From an uncultured Collinsella sp. (lineage in GTDB: Bacteria; Actinomycetota; Coriobacteriia; Coriobacteriales; Coriobacteriaceae), in contig URRN01000001.1 in NCBI GenBank assembly GCA_900550185.1, positions 2,602 through 66,601 on the forward strand: a stretch of DNA of 64,000 nt, written 5' to 3'. The stretch's first letter is position 1; each line of letters starts with the position of its first letter. The translations under genes were made by a program, and so were the position numbers. Of this stretch, positions 39,575 to 52,373 are shown piece after piece. The notes under the pieces were generated by a model that made no database searches, was not told the DNA's origin, and was given only the letters and a program-made list of their open reading frames with translations.

Positions 39575-40606
39575 CTAAATACGTTCCGCGATCTCGTGGA
39601 TGAGGTAGTCGGTCTTTTCCCAGCCCAGGCACGGGTCGGTGATCGACTTACCAAAGACGCCGCCGTCGACCGGCTGGTTGCCATCCTCCAGGTAGGACTC
39701 GATCATAAAGCCCTTGACCAGCTTGGAGATTGACTCGTTGCGGCGGCAGCTGTCGAGCACCTCCTTGCAAATGCGATACTGCTCCAGCGGACGCTTGCCC
39801 GAGTTGTCGTGGTTGCAGTCGATGACCGCTGCCGGATTGGCATAGCCGGCGTGCTCGGTATAGCGCTCGGCCAGGCGCTCCAGGTGCTCGTAGTGGTAAT
39901 TGGGGTAGGTGCGACCGTCGAGGCCGATGTAGCCGCGCATGACAGCGTGCGCAAGCGGGTTGCCGTCGCACTCGACCTCCCAGTTGCGGAAGATGAAGCT
40001 CTGGTGCGCCTGCGCGGCGTAAATGGAGTTGAGCATAACGGTGGTAGAGCCGGCAGTGGGATTCTTCATGCCGACGGGTACCGAAATGCCGCTCGACACC
40101 AGGCGATGCTCTTGGTTCTCGACCGAGCGTGCGCCCACGGCAACATAGCTCAGCAGGTCAACGAGGTATTGGTAGTTGGACGGGTAGAGCATCTCATCGG
40201 CGGTAAAGAAGCCGGTCTCCTCGATGACGCGCAGGTGCATGTGGCGGATGGCCTTGACGCCCTCGAGCAGGTCGTCGGGAGCCTCGGGGTTGGGGTTGTG
40301 CAGAAGACCCTTGTAGCCGGTGCCCTTGGTGCGCGGCTTATTGGTGTAGACGCGCGGAATGATGATGAGCTTGTCCTTGACCTCCTCGGCGGTCTTGGCC
40401 AGTCGGTTCATGTACTCAAGTACCGAATCCTCGCGGTCGGCAGAGCACGGGCCGATGATGAGCACCTTACGTGCGTCCTCGCCGGTAAAGACTTTGGCGA
40501 CCTCGGCGTCAAATGCCTGCTTTTTGGCGGTAAGCTCGGCAGAAAGTGGCATTTCCTCGCGGATCTCCATGGGTATCGGCAGCCTGCGTTTGAATTCCAT
40601 GGCCAT
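39575..40606 (-). CDS. aroG: 3-deoxy-7-phosphoheptulonate (DAHP) synthase, class I
   Basis: IIGPCS, RVYTNKPRT, AVGARS, VGMKN, DCNHDNS, KSITDPC. Confidence 0.92.
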   Translation of the reverse strand: MAMEFKRRLPIPMEIREEMPLSAELTAKKQAFDAEVAKVFTGEDARKVLIIGPCSADREDSVLEYMNRLAKTAEEVKDKLIIIPRVYTNKPRTKGTGYKGLLHNPNPEAPDDLLEGVKAIRHMHLRVIEETGFFTADEMLYPSNYQYLVDLLSYVAVGARSVENQEHRLVSSGISVPVGMKNPTAGSTTVMLNSIYAAQAHQSFIFRNWEVECDGNPLAHAVMRGYIGLDGRTYPNYHYEHLERLAERYTEHAGYANPAAVIDCNHDNSGKRPLEQYRICKEVLDSCRRNESISKLVKGFMIESYLEDGNQPVDGGVFGKSITDPCLGWEKTDYLIHEIAERI

Positions 40607-40825
40607 AGGGGCCTCCTCAATCTATAGAAAGAGCAATAAGCGTATTGTCGAATGCTCGGCATTATCCGCTGTCGCACGCTAAAGTGCAAGCCCTTGTCAC
40701 CCCGAAACCTACCAAAAAGAGACAGGTTTATTTTGGCAGGTTTTATCTGGGGAAACGTCGGCGGATGCCGGGAGGGAGCGGCGCCGCGCGGGACCCTAAG
40801 GCTGTTGTCGGTTCCCTAGGAAATA

Positions 40826-41064
40826 CCCTGTGGGCAAAAAATGCCAAATATGAGTACGGTTGCTATCTTAGTAGCATATTGCCTTCGCAAAATAATAGAC
40901 ATAACAGCAAAATATGTTCATTAACGTAAACACATATAAGTTCGCTATAGGGCTGTTTGATCAATTTAGGGACGCGTGTAAGCCGTGAAAACGGCATTTG
41001 GGACTGTTTTGGCTGTTACTAAAAAAGTAACAGTACTCATATTTGCCATTTTTTGCCCACGGGG
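40826..41064. repeat. AT-rich MITE-like element with about 39 bp terminal inverted repeats
   Basis: CCCTGTGGGCAAAAAATGCCAAATATGAGTAC versus GTACTCATATTTGCCATTTTTTGCCCACGGGG. Confidence 0.7.
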
Positions 41065-41188
41065 CCTCGAAGGGGCTGTCAATCAGGTCCCAGGGGAGGC
41101 GGTTTGAAGGTCGCAGAACAAAAAAACGGGGGCACAGGTTGTCCTGCGCCCCCGTTTTCTTGGCATTGCGGTTGTTTGCCGCCGGTTT

Positions 41189-43045
41189 TTACGCCGCTTC
41201 GTCGAACTGCGAGTTGTACAGGTCGGCGTAGAAGCCGCCCTGGGCGAGCAACTCGTCGTGCGTGCCCTTCTCGACGATATCGCCGTCGCGAATCACCAAG
41301 ATCACGTCGGCGTTGCGGATCGTGGACAGGCGGTGCGCGATGACAAAGCTTGTACGGCCCTGCATCAGCGCATCCATGGCACGCTGGATGAGCTCCTCGG
41401 TGCGGGTGTCCACGTTGGAAGTCGCCTCGTCTAGAATCAGCGCCGGGCGGTCGGCCAAAATGGCGCGGGCGATGGTCACGAGCTGGCGCTGACCCTGCGA
41501 CAGGTTAGTGCCCTCCTCATTGATCATAAAGTCGTAGCCGCCGGCGAGCGTATGGATAAAGTGGTCGCAGCGTGCGGCGCGTGCGGCGGCTTCGACCTCG
41601 GCATCGCTCGCATCGGGACGTCCGTAGCGGATGTTCTCGCGGATCGTGCCGTTAAACAGCCAAGTATCCTGCAGCACCATGGCAAACTCGCCGCGCAGTG
41701 CCGCACGATCCCAGTCTCGCACGTCGACACCCTCGACGCGCAGCGAGCCGCCGTCCACATCGTAGAAGCGCTGCAGCAGCTTGATGAGCGTGGTCTTGCC
41801 GGCGCCGGTGGGACCGACGATGGCGATGGTCTGGCCGGGCTGCGCCTCGCAGCTAAAGTCGTGGATGATGGTCTTGTCGGGCGTGTAGCCAAACTTGACA
41901 TGGTCAAACTCCACGTGGCCGGGGCGCTTCTCGGGAATCTGCGCGTCGGCCTTCTGCTCCTCCTCGGGCGCGGCCAGGAACTCAAACACACGCTCGGTGG
42001 CAGCTGCCATCGACTGCATCGTGTTGCTCACGTTGCCCAGCTGCTGCACGGGTTGCGTAAAGTTGCGAACGTACTGGATAAAGCTCTGAATGTCGCCGGG
42101 CGTGGCATTGCCGGTCAGCGCGAGCTGTGCACCCACCACGACGACGCCCACGTAGCCCATGTTGCCCACCAAGCTCATAAGCGGCATCATCAGACCCGAC
42201 AGGAACTGCGAGCGCCAGCCACTAATAAAGAGACGGTCGTTTTGGCGGTCGAACTCCTCGATCGAGGCCTCGGCGCGGTCGAACACCTGGATGACGTTCT
42301 GGCCGGCAAAGTCCTCCTCGATAATGCCGTTGACGGCGCCCAGAACCTGCTGTTGCTCGCGGAAGTACGGCTGCGAGAAGTGAATCATTACGGTCAGGAT
42401 AATCGCGGCGGCCGGCAGCGTGAGCACGGTGACGCCGGTAAGCGGCAGGCTGATCGAAAGCATCATGACGAGCACGCCGATAATCTGCGTCACCGACGTG
42501 ATGAGCTGCGTCACGCTCTGGTTGAGCGACTGACCCAGCGTATCGACGTCGTTGGTGATGCGGCTGAGTACGTCTCCCTTGCTGTGGCCGTTGAAGTAGC
42601 TCATCGGCACGACGGCAATCTTGGCGGCGATTTCCTTGCGCATGCGGTAACAAATCTTTTGCGTGACGCCGGTCATGAGCCAGCCCTGGATGAGGCTGCA
42701 GACAGAGCTCGCCAGATACAGGCAGAGCAAAAAGCCGAGCGTCTTGGCGATCCAGTCAAAGTCAACGTCGCCGGTGCCGTTGACCTTGGCGACCAGGCCT
42801 TCGAACAGCTTGGTCGTAACCTGGCCGAGCACCTTGGGTCCCACAATGTTAAAGATGACCGAGCACACGGCAAAGGCGACGGCGGCAAACACGGCAATCT
42901 TGTGCTGGCCGATATAGCCGAGCAGCTGCCTCATGGTGCCCTTAAAGTCCTTGGCCTTTTCGCCGCGACGCATGCCGCCCATGCGGCCCATGGGACCGCG
43001 CTGGCGGGTGGGCTTGGGAATCTGAGTCTTGGTCTCGTCGGCCAT
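41189..43045 (-). CDS. Heterodimeric ABC exporter subunit (permease plus ATPase)
   Basis: GPTGAGKTT, LSQGQRQL, LDEATS, IAHRLST. Confidence 0.93.
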   Translation of the reverse strand: MADETKTQIPKPTRQRGPMGRMGGMRRGEKAKDFKGTMRQLLGYIGQHKIAVFAAVAFAVCSVIFNIVGPKVLGQVTTKLFEGLVAKVNGTGDVDFDWIAKTLGFLLCLYLASSVCSLIQGWLMTGVTQKICYRMRKEIAAKIAVVPMSYFNGHSKGDVLSRITNDVDTLGQSLNQSVTQLITSVTQIIGVLVMMLSISLPLTGVTVLTLPAAAIILTVMIHFSQPYFREQQQVLGAVNGIIEEDFAGQNVIQVFDRAEASIEEFDRQNDRLFISGWRSQFLSGLMMPLMSLVGNMGYVGVVVVGAQLALTGNATPGDIQSFIQYVRNFTQPVQQLGNVSNTMQSMAAATERVFEFLAAPEEEQKADAQIPEKRPGHVEFDHVKFGYTPDKTIIHDFSCEAQPGQTIAIVGPTGAGKTTLIKLLQRFYDVDGGSLRVEGVDVRDWDRAALRGEFAMVLQDTWLFNGTIRENIRYGRPDASDAEVEAAARAARCDHFIHTLAGGYDFMINEEGTNLSQGQRQLVTIARAILADRPALILDEATSNVDTRTEELIQRAMDALMQGRTSFVIAHRLSTIRNADVILVIRDGDIVEKGTHDELLAQGGFYADLYNSQFDEAA

Positions 43046-45411
43046 TAGCGCTCGCCTCCTTCCATGACGCCTGCAATTTCTTCTTGGGTAAGCCCCAGCT
43101 CCTCGGCGGAAAGCTGCGACTGTGCGATCTCCAGGTACGCCGGGCAGCTGCGCAGCAGCTCCTCGTGCGTGCCGGTGCCCACTACGTGGCCGTCGTCGAG
43201 CACGATGATCTGGTCGGCGTGCATGATGGTCGCGATGCGCTGGGCCACGACCACGAGCGCGGCGTCGGTAACGTTTTTGGCCAGCTCCTCGCGTAGACGC
43301 GCGTCGGTCTTGTAGTCGAGGGCACTAAACGAGTCATCGAACACCACGACCTCGGGCTTTTTGGCCAACGCGCGGGCGATGGCCAGGCGCTGGCGCTGAC
43401 CGCCCGAGACATTGGAGCCGCCCTGGCTGATGGGGGAGTCGTAACCGCCCTCACGCTCGGCGATAAAGTCCTCGGCCTGTGCGATGCGCGCGGCCTGGCG
43501 CATGTCATCATCGCTCACCATGTCGCCGGCAAACTTGAGGTTGCTCTCGACGGTGCCCGAGAACAGACGACCCTGCTGCGGAATATAACCGATGCGGCGG
43601 CGCAGCTCGGAAAGGGTCATGTCGCGCACGTCGATGCCGTCGAGCGAAATGCTGCCGCCCGTGACGTCGTACAAGCGTGGAATCAGCTGCACGAGCGTGG
43701 ACTTGCCCGAGCCCGTGGAGCCAATGATGCCGAGCATCTGACCGGCATGTGTGGTGAAGTTCACGCCGCTGATGACATCGGCGCGGGCATCGGGGTACTG
43801 GAAGCTCACGTCGCGGAAGGTGAGCTCACCGCGCGGCGCGCTGGCTGCGGGCAGTTTGGGCGAGGCAGGGTCGTTGATGCTCGTGGGGCAGGTGATGACC
43901 TCTTCCACGCGCTCAGCTGCGACCTCGGCGCGGGGCAGGATGACCGAAACCATGGTGAGGATCATAAACGCCATGACGATCTGCATAGTGTAGGAGATGA
44001 ACGCCATCATGTTGCCGACCTGCATCACGCCGTCGGACACGCCCTGCGCGCCAAACCAGACGATAAGCACGGTGATGCAGTTCATGACGAGCATCATGAG
44101 CGGCATCATAAAGCTCATGGCTCGGTTGGTGTAGAGCTGCGTGGTCATCAGGTCGAGCGAAGCCTTGTCAAAACGCTCGAGCTCATGCTCCTCGCGGTTG
44201 AACGAGCGGATGGGCATAAGGCCGTCGAGCAGCTCGCGGGCGGTAAGGTTCACGCGGTCCACAAAGCTCTGCATCTTTTTGAACTTGGGCATGGTGAGGC
44301 CCATAAGCACGCCGACGACGGCCGAGACCGCGATGATGGCCACGGCGATGGTCCACTCCAGGCCGGTGTGGTTGGCCAGGACACGCATGACGGCGACGAT
44401 GCCCATGACGGGGGCCATCAGACACATGCGGATAAACAGGGTTGCGGCCATCTGAATCTGCTGAATGTCGTTGGTGCAGCGGGTGATGAGCGAGGCCTGG
44501 CTAAACTTGCCCACCTCGGCCGGCGAGAAGTGCATAACCTTGTTGAAGGTCTCGCGGCGCAGGTCGCGGGCGATGGAGCAGGCGGTGCGCGAGGCCACGG
44601 CACCGGTCAGGATGGTGGCGACGAGCGAGATCAGGCACAGACCAAACATCGTGGTCGCCATGCGGCCCAGGTAGGCGTTCTGCACGTCGGCGGGGTCGAT
44701 GCCCTGCGCCTTGTACTCGTCTTGCACATAGCTCACGGCGCGTTGGGTCACGATGGAGCCCGACATGGAGCCCATTTTGTCCGCCATATCGTTGGCGCCC
44801 TCGACGAGCTTGCTTTGGTCTACCAGACCGCCCTTGACACCTAGGCGCATACTCTTCATGGTGATCTTGCCGCCGTCGGCATCAATCTGCTTTTGCATGC
44901 TCTGCGCCGCTGCGGCCTTCTGCTGCATCTCGGCGAGTTGCTCGGGCGTCATCGCCGCCGTCTGCTCGGGCGTGGGCATGGCCTGGGCGCCGCTGTTGTC
45001 TTTCTCACCGGACGTGCCCATCATGTCGCCCATGGAGTTGGCATCGATGCCCTGGTTGAACGAAAGGACGACGGTCTCGGGCAGGCTCATGATGTCGGCA
45101 ATCTTGCCGCCGTCGGCGCGCTCCTCCTCGGTGCCCTTGTACGTGCGAATCCCGTTTTTGTCTGCCTTGCCAAACGCAGCCTCTACCGTCTTGGCGTCTT
45201 TGGCGCTCATAAAGAGTTCGAGGTCGTCGAGCGATTCGGCGCGAATGGTGTCGGGCACGGGCGAGGCGATGCCGCCTTGCTGCACGCCCACGTCGACGAT
45301 GTCGCTCATATAGGTAGGCAGCGCCAGATCGGCGTTGCAGCTGATTACGATGAGTACGATAGCTGCGAGTAGTGCCAGGATATGCTTTTTAAAGAGCTTG
45401 AGAATCCTCAC
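43045..45411 (-). CDS. Heterodimeric ABC exporter subunit (degenerate site, large extracellular insert)
   Basis: GSTGSGKS, VSGGQRQR, FDDSFSALD, VAQR; GTG start overlaps the MarR stop. Confidence 0.92.
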   Translation of the reverse strand: MRILKLFKKHILALLAAIVLIVISCNADLALPTYMSDIVDVGVQQGGIASPVPDTIRAESLDDLELFMSAKDAKTVEAAFGKADKNGIRTYKGTEEERADGGKIADIMSLPETVVLSFNQGIDANSMGDMMGTSGEKDNSGAQAMPTPEQTAAMTPEQLAEMQQKAAAAQSMQKQIDADGGKITMKSMRLGVKGGLVDQSKLVEGANDMADKMGSMSGSIVTQRAVSYVQDEYKAQGIDPADVQNAYLGRMATTMFGLCLISLVATILTGAVASRTACSIARDLRRETFNKVMHFSPAEVGKFSQASLITRCTNDIQQIQMAATLFIRMCLMAPVMGIVAVMRVLANHTGLEWTIAVAIIAVSAVVGVLMGLTMPKFKKMQSFVDRVNLTARELLDGLMPIRSFNREEHELERFDKASLDLMTTQLYTNRAMSFMMPLMMLVMNCITVLIVWFGAQGVSDGVMQVGNMMAFISYTMQIVMAFMILTMVSVILPRAEVAAERVEEVITCPTSINDPASPKLPAASAPRGELTFRDVSFQYPDARADVISGVNFTTHAGQMLGIIGSTGSGKSTLVQLIPRLYDVTGGSISLDGIDVRDMTLSELRRRIGYIPQQGRLFSGTVESNLKFAGDMVSDDDMRQAARIAQAEDFIAEREGGYDSPISQGGSNVSGGQRQRLAIARALAKKPEVVVFDDSFSALDYKTDARLREELAKNVTDAALVVVAQRIATIMHADQIIVLDDGHVVGTGTHEELLRSCPAYLEIAQSQLSAEELGLTQEEIAGVMEGGER

Positions 45412-45857
45412 TCGGCATCTCTCCTTTCTTGATTGCGGTCGATAATTTCGTTGGCACGTCTTAGAAGGCGCACCATCTCCTGGGTATCTGTTTCGCCGAG
45501 CTGCTCGAGGAAGGCCGCGGTGCGGTCCTCGAATTCCCGGCGTTTGATTTCGATGACCTGGAATCCCTTGTCGGTCACCGTGACGTGTACGCGACGACGG
45601 TCGGTCTTTGAGTGCTCGCGCTCGACCCAACCCTTGGCCTCGAGGGCGCGCAGGATATTGGCGATACGGGCGCTCGAGACCCAGGCACGATCGGCGAGTT
45701 CGCTCGGCGTGAGCGAGCCGCCGGCGCGCATGAGGGCGCGCATGACGGCCATCTCGCCACCCAGAGCCTGGACGGCAAAGCGCGAAACGCGCTGGTGCAT
45801 GCTGCCAAACTCGGTAAAGAGCTGACGCCCAAGCTCATGGAAATCGGTATCTTCCAC
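45408..45857 (-). CDS. MarR-family regulator
   Basis: LTPSELA..SSARIANILRALEAKGWVER..DRRRVHVTVT. Confidence 0.9.
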   Translation of the reverse strand: MEDTDFHELGRQLFTEFGSMHQRVSRFAVQALGGEMAVMRALMRAGGSLTPSELADRAWVSSARIANILRALEAKGWVEREHSKTDRRRVHVTVTDKGFQVIEIKRREFEDRTAAFLEQLGETDTQEMVRLLRRANEIIDRNQERRDAE

Positions 45858-46148
45858 CGAAAACCCCTAACACTAGAAACTATTTTCGGTGAAAGATGAT
45901 ACCCCAGCTCAACCATCCCATTCGGTAGATTTCTAGGCATGTCCCAAAAAATCTACTTGGCCGCTAGGAAATATTAAGAGCATATAAAGACTTAAAATCA
46001 TTCAATTGCTGAAGCGTTTCAAAGAACTATTATGCCCGCGGTTAGGCGAGGGGTTGTCACCACCATGACGACTGGGACTCATATAATCGCCACGTGCGAT
46101 GCTCCAACTTCCCGCAAGGAGACACCTTATATAAAGGGGGTTGGAGTC

Positions 46149-46898
46149 ATGGCATTTGACTTCACGGGCAAAACCGCGATCGTTACCGGTGGCACTCAGG
46201 GCATTGGCCTCGAGATTGCCAAGGGCATCGTTGCGGGCGGCGGACACGTCGCGCTCATCGCAAGGAACGCTGCTAAGGGCGAGGCCGCGGTGGCCGAGCT
46301 TGGCGAGGGCAACAAGTTCTATCAGCTCGATGTCGCCGATGCACCCAAGGCGCGCGAGACCGTCGAGCAGATTTTTACGGACCTGCCGCAAACCAACATC
46401 CTGATCAACTGCGCTGGCGTCATCAGCACCAAGAAGTTCGACGAGATCGATGACACCGAGTGGCGTCGCACCATCGACATCAACCTCAACGGTACCTTCA
46501 CCATGATGAATGCCGTGTACCCGCACTTTAAGGCGGCCCATGCCGGCACTATCGTCAACGTGAGCTCTGTTGCCGGCAAGATCGGCGGCGGCCTGCTCGG
46601 CACCGCGGCCTACGCGAGCTCCAAGGCCGGCGTCAACGGTCTAACCAAGGCAGTCGCCAAGGAAGGCGGCAAGTTCGGCGTCCGCTGCAACGCCGTGTGC
46701 CCGTCGCTCACGTTGACCGATATGACCTCGATTCTCTCTGACGAGAACTCTCAGCGCATCATCAACGGTATTCCTCTGGGCCGCGCCGCCCAGGCCAGCG
46801 AGCCTGCGCAGATGGTGCTGTTCTTCGCTTCCGACCTCGCCAGCTTCGTGAACGGCGAGATCGGTGACTGCGACGGTGGCATCGTTCTGGACGGGTAA
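46149..46898 (+). CDS. Short-chain dehydrogenase/reductase
   Basis: TGGTQGIG, NCAG, VNVSS, YASSK. Confidence 0.92.
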   Translation: MAFDFTGKTAIVTGGTQGIGLEIAKGIVAGGGHVALIARNAAKGEAAVAELGEGNKFYQLDVADAPKARETVEQIFTDLPQTNILINCAGVISTKKFDEIDDTEWRRTIDINLNGTFTMMNAVYPHFKAAHAGTIVNVSSVAGKIGGGLLGTAAYASSKAGVNGLTKAVAKEGGKFGVRCNAVCPSLTLTDMTSILSDENSQRIINGIPLGRAAQASEPAQMVLFFASDLASFVNGEIGDCDGGIVLDG

Positions 46899-47008
46899 TA
46901 CTCCGCGACGATTATTCGGCGACGGCTCCTGCGACTCGGGACCGTCGCCTTCTTTCTGATATAGGCGCGTGCGGCTACGAATCGCATGCATCCAAAGGAG
47001 ATATATAT

Positions 47009-48022
47009 ATGAGTGAATCGACTGCGGTGGAGGCGCCGGCGGCAAAGGAGCCGTTCTTTAAGATGTCCTCCATCCCGGGCGCCAATATCTTGGTGCCGCT
47101 TCTGTTGGGCTGTCTGCTCAACACGCTATTCCCCGACCTGTTCAAAACGCTCGGCAGCTTTACGCTTGGCATGACCCAGCAGGGCGCTGGCCCGCTCGTG
47201 GGCGCTTTTTTGCTCATCGTCGGTACGACGATTTCGTTTAAGAGCGCTCCTGCCGCCGCTGCCCGCGGCGCCATCATCATCGCCGTCAAGCAGATCGTGG
47301 TCGTTGCCATGTCGCTGCTCATCCTTTATGTGTTCAACGACAACCTGTTTGGCATCTCTGCCATGGTGATGCTGGCGGCTTGCACCGGCGCCAACAACGC
47401 TATGTACGCTGGTCTGATGGGCACCATGGGCAATGAGGCCGAGCGTGGCGCTGTCGCCATCACCACGCTGGTTGTCGGCCCTCCGGTCACGATGATCGTG
47501 CTCGGCGCTGCCGGCCAGGCTCCGATCGGCTGGTCGCTCGTGGGCGCCATCCTGCCGATCGTTGTCGGCATTATTCTGGGCAACCTCTTCCCCAGCTTTA
47601 AGAAGATGATGGCGCCGGCACTTTCCGCCGTCATCGTGCTCGTCTTCTTTGCCATGGGCTCGACCATGACCTTTGGCCAGCTCATTAATGGCGGTCTTCC
47701 CGGTATTCTGCTCGGCGTGATCTGCTCGGTGATCTTTGCAATTCCCGTCATCGCGGTCGATAAGCTCACGGGCGGTACGGGTGTCGCAGGTGCGGCCATT
47801 TCGAGCTGCGCCGGAGCCAATGTGGCCACGCCTGCTGCCATGGCAAGCGTCAACGGGGCCATGTACGGCGGCGCCGTGCTCGCGACGGCTACGGCACAGG
47901 TTGCTGCCTGCGCAATCGTGACGGCTATTTTGACCCCGCTGGTCACCAGCTGGTGCTACAAGCATTTTGAGGGCCAGGGTCACAGCAAGGCAACGACCGA
48001 CAAGGCCTCCGCAGCCGCCTAA
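47009..48022 (+). CDS. kdgT: 2-keto-3-deoxygluconate permease family transporter
   Basis: IPGANILVPLLLGCLLNT, GPPVTM, FFAMGS, SSCAGANVATP. Confidence 0.8.
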   Translation: MSESTAVEAPAAKEPFFKMSSIPGANILVPLLLGCLLNTLFPDLFKTLGSFTLGMTQQGAGPLVGAFLLIVGTTISFKSAPAAAARGAIIIAVKQIVVVAMSLLILYVFNDNLFGISAMVMLAACTGANNAMYAGLMGTMGNEAERGAVAITTLVVGPPVTMIVLGAAGQAPIGWSLVGAILPIVVGIILGNLFPSFKKMMAPALSAVIVLVFFAMGSTMTFGQLINGGLPGILLGVICSVIFAIPVIAVDKLTGGTGVAGAAISSCAGANVATPAAMASVNGAMYGGAVLATATAQVAACAIVTAILTPLVTSWCYKHFEGQGHSKATTDKASAAA

Positions 48023-48061
48023 TGCCAAGCGACAATCAAAGCTAAAAACTAGTCACGCCAT

Positions 48062-48093
48062 AGGGCGGCCACGGGGGATCCTGTGGCCGCCCT
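48062..48093 (+). terminator. Hairpin after kdgT
   Basis: AGGGCGGCCAC/GTGGCCGCCCT stem. Confidence 0.55.
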
Positions 48094-48488
48094 GCAGTTT
48101 CTGTAAGGTCTCTGTGACACTTTACCCTGCTAAAGCTGGCATAACAGCTAGAGCGAACGTCGTACAAAGGCAAGGAAAAATAACATACAAATCGGTGAAC
48201 GGTAGTTGTTCGCGCTCGCATTTCCTGCGGGTTTGTAAAAAACGCCCTTATGATATAAAAAAAGAAACATATAACAGCCCAGATGGAGAGGGTCGCTATG
48301 TTATCCTTCTCAGACGGGTGAAATCTTGGGTTTTGGGTTGTAGTTCCAAGGTGGACAAACGTTTTCTCTGCACCAGCGTGTGGTGAAGAACGGAAGAAGC
48401 CGGTAGTGCAAGTCGAAAATTCAAGAATTCAATAAGCAGCGGTGTGAGAGAGCGCCGCATAACACGTAACTAGGAGCGTGGTTACACA

Positions 48489-50540
<2,052 letters not shown>

Positions 50541-50625
50541 CTATTGTTAGTGCTATACTAACAATAACGATTACTGATTAGCGCGCCGGTTTCGGCCGGC
50601 GCCTATCGATCGAAGGAGACACATT

Positions 50626-50877
50626 ATGAAGGTTTCTGAAGTTTCCGAGACTCAGGCCGATAACCTGGTCCACATGCTCGACGCTTACGCCGAGAAGGGT
50701 GGCCATCACCTGAACATCAACGTCTTCAACCGTGAGACGCTGCTCGATGCTCAGGCTCACCCCGAGAAGTACCCGCAGCTGACCATCCGCGTTTCCGGCT
50801 ATGCCGTGAACTTCCACACGCTCACCAAGGAGCAGCAGGACGAGGTCATTTCGCGTACCTTCCACGACAAGTTCTAA
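50626..50877 (+). CDS. grcA: Autonomous glycyl-radical subunit (GrcA-like)
   Basis: [26 protein letters not shown]; own RBS GAAGGAG. Confidence 0.9.
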   Translation: MKVSEVSETQADNLVHMLDAYAEKGGHHLNINVFNRETLLDAQAHPEKYPQLTIRVSGYAVNFHTLTKEQQDEVISRTFHDKF

Positions 50878-50891
50878 AGGGACTTAACTCC

Positions 50892-51040
50892 CGCAGGATC
50901 GCCGGGGCTGTTTGGGCTATCTCCCAAAACGTCCTCGGACATGTCGGAAGCCCCCGCTGCGCGCTACGCGCGGCGGGGGCTTCCTCCGTCCTGCGGAATG
51001 TTTTGGGAGGTAACCCAAACAGCCCCGGCTGGGTCCTGTG
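50892..51040 (+). repeat. Structured 3' element, copy 2
   Basis: CGTCCTCGGACATG..CGCTGCGCGCTACGCGCGGCG..CCGTCCTGCGGAA within a long outer stem. Confidence 0.75.
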
Positions 51041-51178
51041 CAGTCACCCTTTAGGGGGAACTCTCCTAATTATTTGGATGAGTCGTTTACTTACTTGTAC
51101 TGTTGCCGTCATCCCGCTGTTGTTGGGGTATGCTTTGTTCGTATGTAAACGTATGACATGTTGATGGGGGAGGGTGCT

Positions 51179-52189
51179 ATGGCTCGCGAGAGTGCTCGTT
51201 CTAAGGATACGGCTAAGCCTGGCATCAAGGAAGTTGCGGCGGTGGCGGGGGTTTCGCCTACTACGGTATCTCGCGTGCTTAATAATCGCGGCTATATTAG
51301 CCAAGAGACCCGCGATAAGGTCCATGCCGCGATGAAGCGCATCAACTATACGCCCAACGATATCGCCCGTGCCATGCTCAACGGTCGCCTGAATCTTATC
51401 GGTATGATCGTCCCCTATGTCAGCAGTCCGTTTCATGCCCAAGTGGTTCAAGTCATTGAGCATACCCTGGCCGAAAACGGTTTTAAGATGCTGCTGTGCA
51501 ATAGCGCCAATCGACCCGAGCTTGAGCGCTCTTATATCGACATGCTTCGACGCAATATGGTTGATGGCGTCATCGTCAACTCGCTTAATATCGGTGCCGA
51601 GGCGTATGCCGAGATGGGCTTGAGTCTGGTTGGTATCGACTGCGACCTTGGCGAAGCCTCTGTTCAGATTGCGAGCGACAGCTATAGCATCGGCGAACTT
51701 GCCACGCGTCGCCTGATCGATGACGGATGTTCACGCATCCTGTGCCTGCGCAGCAATAGCCGCATGCGCATGCCTGCCAATAAGCGTACCGATGCCTACC
51801 TCGATGTTGTTGAGCAGGCCGGTTTGCCCGCGCTTGTCCGTGAGGTTGAGTTCGTTAAGCCCGACGACGAAAAGAGCGCGGTCGTTGCGAAGATCCTCGA
51901 TGAGAACCCCGATATTGACGGCATCTTTGCGGGAGACGACACGATGGCGGCCATCTGTCTCAACGTTATGAAGCAGCGAGGCTTGAGCGCTCCGGGCGAT
52001 ATTAAGGTCGTGGGCGCGGATGGTGCCCGCCGCACTATGACGTTTATGCCTGACTTAACAACCGTACGCCAAGATATCGATCGCATCGGAGAGCTCGCGG
52101 CGCAATCCATCATTGCTCTTATTAACGGCGAAAAGCCCGAATCGAATATCAAGCTCCCCGTTGAACTCATTGAGGGTAAAACCGCGTAG
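51179..52189 (+). CDS. scrR: LacI-family regulator (ScrR-like)
   Basis: IKEVAAVAGVSPTTVSRVLNNRGYISQETR; upstream of the sucrose PTS genes. Confidence 0.85.
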   Translation: MARESARSKDTAKPGIKEVAAVAGVSPTTVSRVLNNRGYISQETRDKVHAAMKRINYTPNDIARAMLNGRLNLIGMIVPYVSSPFHAQVVQVIEHTLAENGFKMLLCNSANRPELERSYIDMLRRNMVDGVIVNSLNIGAEAYAEMGLSLVGIDCDLGEASVQIASDSYSIGELATRRLIDDGCSRILCLRSNSRMRMPANKRTDAYLDVVEQAGLPALVREVEFVKPDDEKSAVVAKILDENPDIDGIFAGDDTMAAICLNVMKQRGLSAPGDIKVVGADGARRTMTFMPDLTTVRQDIDRIGELAAQSIIALINGEKPESNIKLPVELIEGKTA

Positions 52190-52244
52190 TTCATCCCGTG
52201 CCAAAAGAATTCCTCAAACACCTCTGATGACCGTTCGCCGGCAT

Positions 52245-52325
52245 ATGTCAACCGTTTGCCGACGACTGGAACTGCGAAAAGACGTATTGGTGTGAAAACG
52301 TTTGACATATGAAAACGATTGACAT
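52245..52325. promoter_or_regulatory. ScrR-type operators (TGNAAACGNTTGACA)
   Basis: Copies near 52245, 52292 and 52309, plus 51143 upstream of the regulator. Confidence 0.65.
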
Positions 52326-52373
52326 ATCTTGCAGTTGTACCGAGTTAGTATCTCGTGAGAAAGGAAGTCTCGG

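Noticed and set aside
45412..45630. N-terminal extension of the 861 aa ABC ORF
   Set aside because: Overlaps the MarR gene; GTG at 45411 is translationally coupled to the MarR stop
50542..50566. Palindrome TATTGTTAG-N7-CTAACAATA as a Rex box
   Set aside because: Spacing does not fit TTGTGAA-N4-TTCACAA; more likely an RNA hairpin
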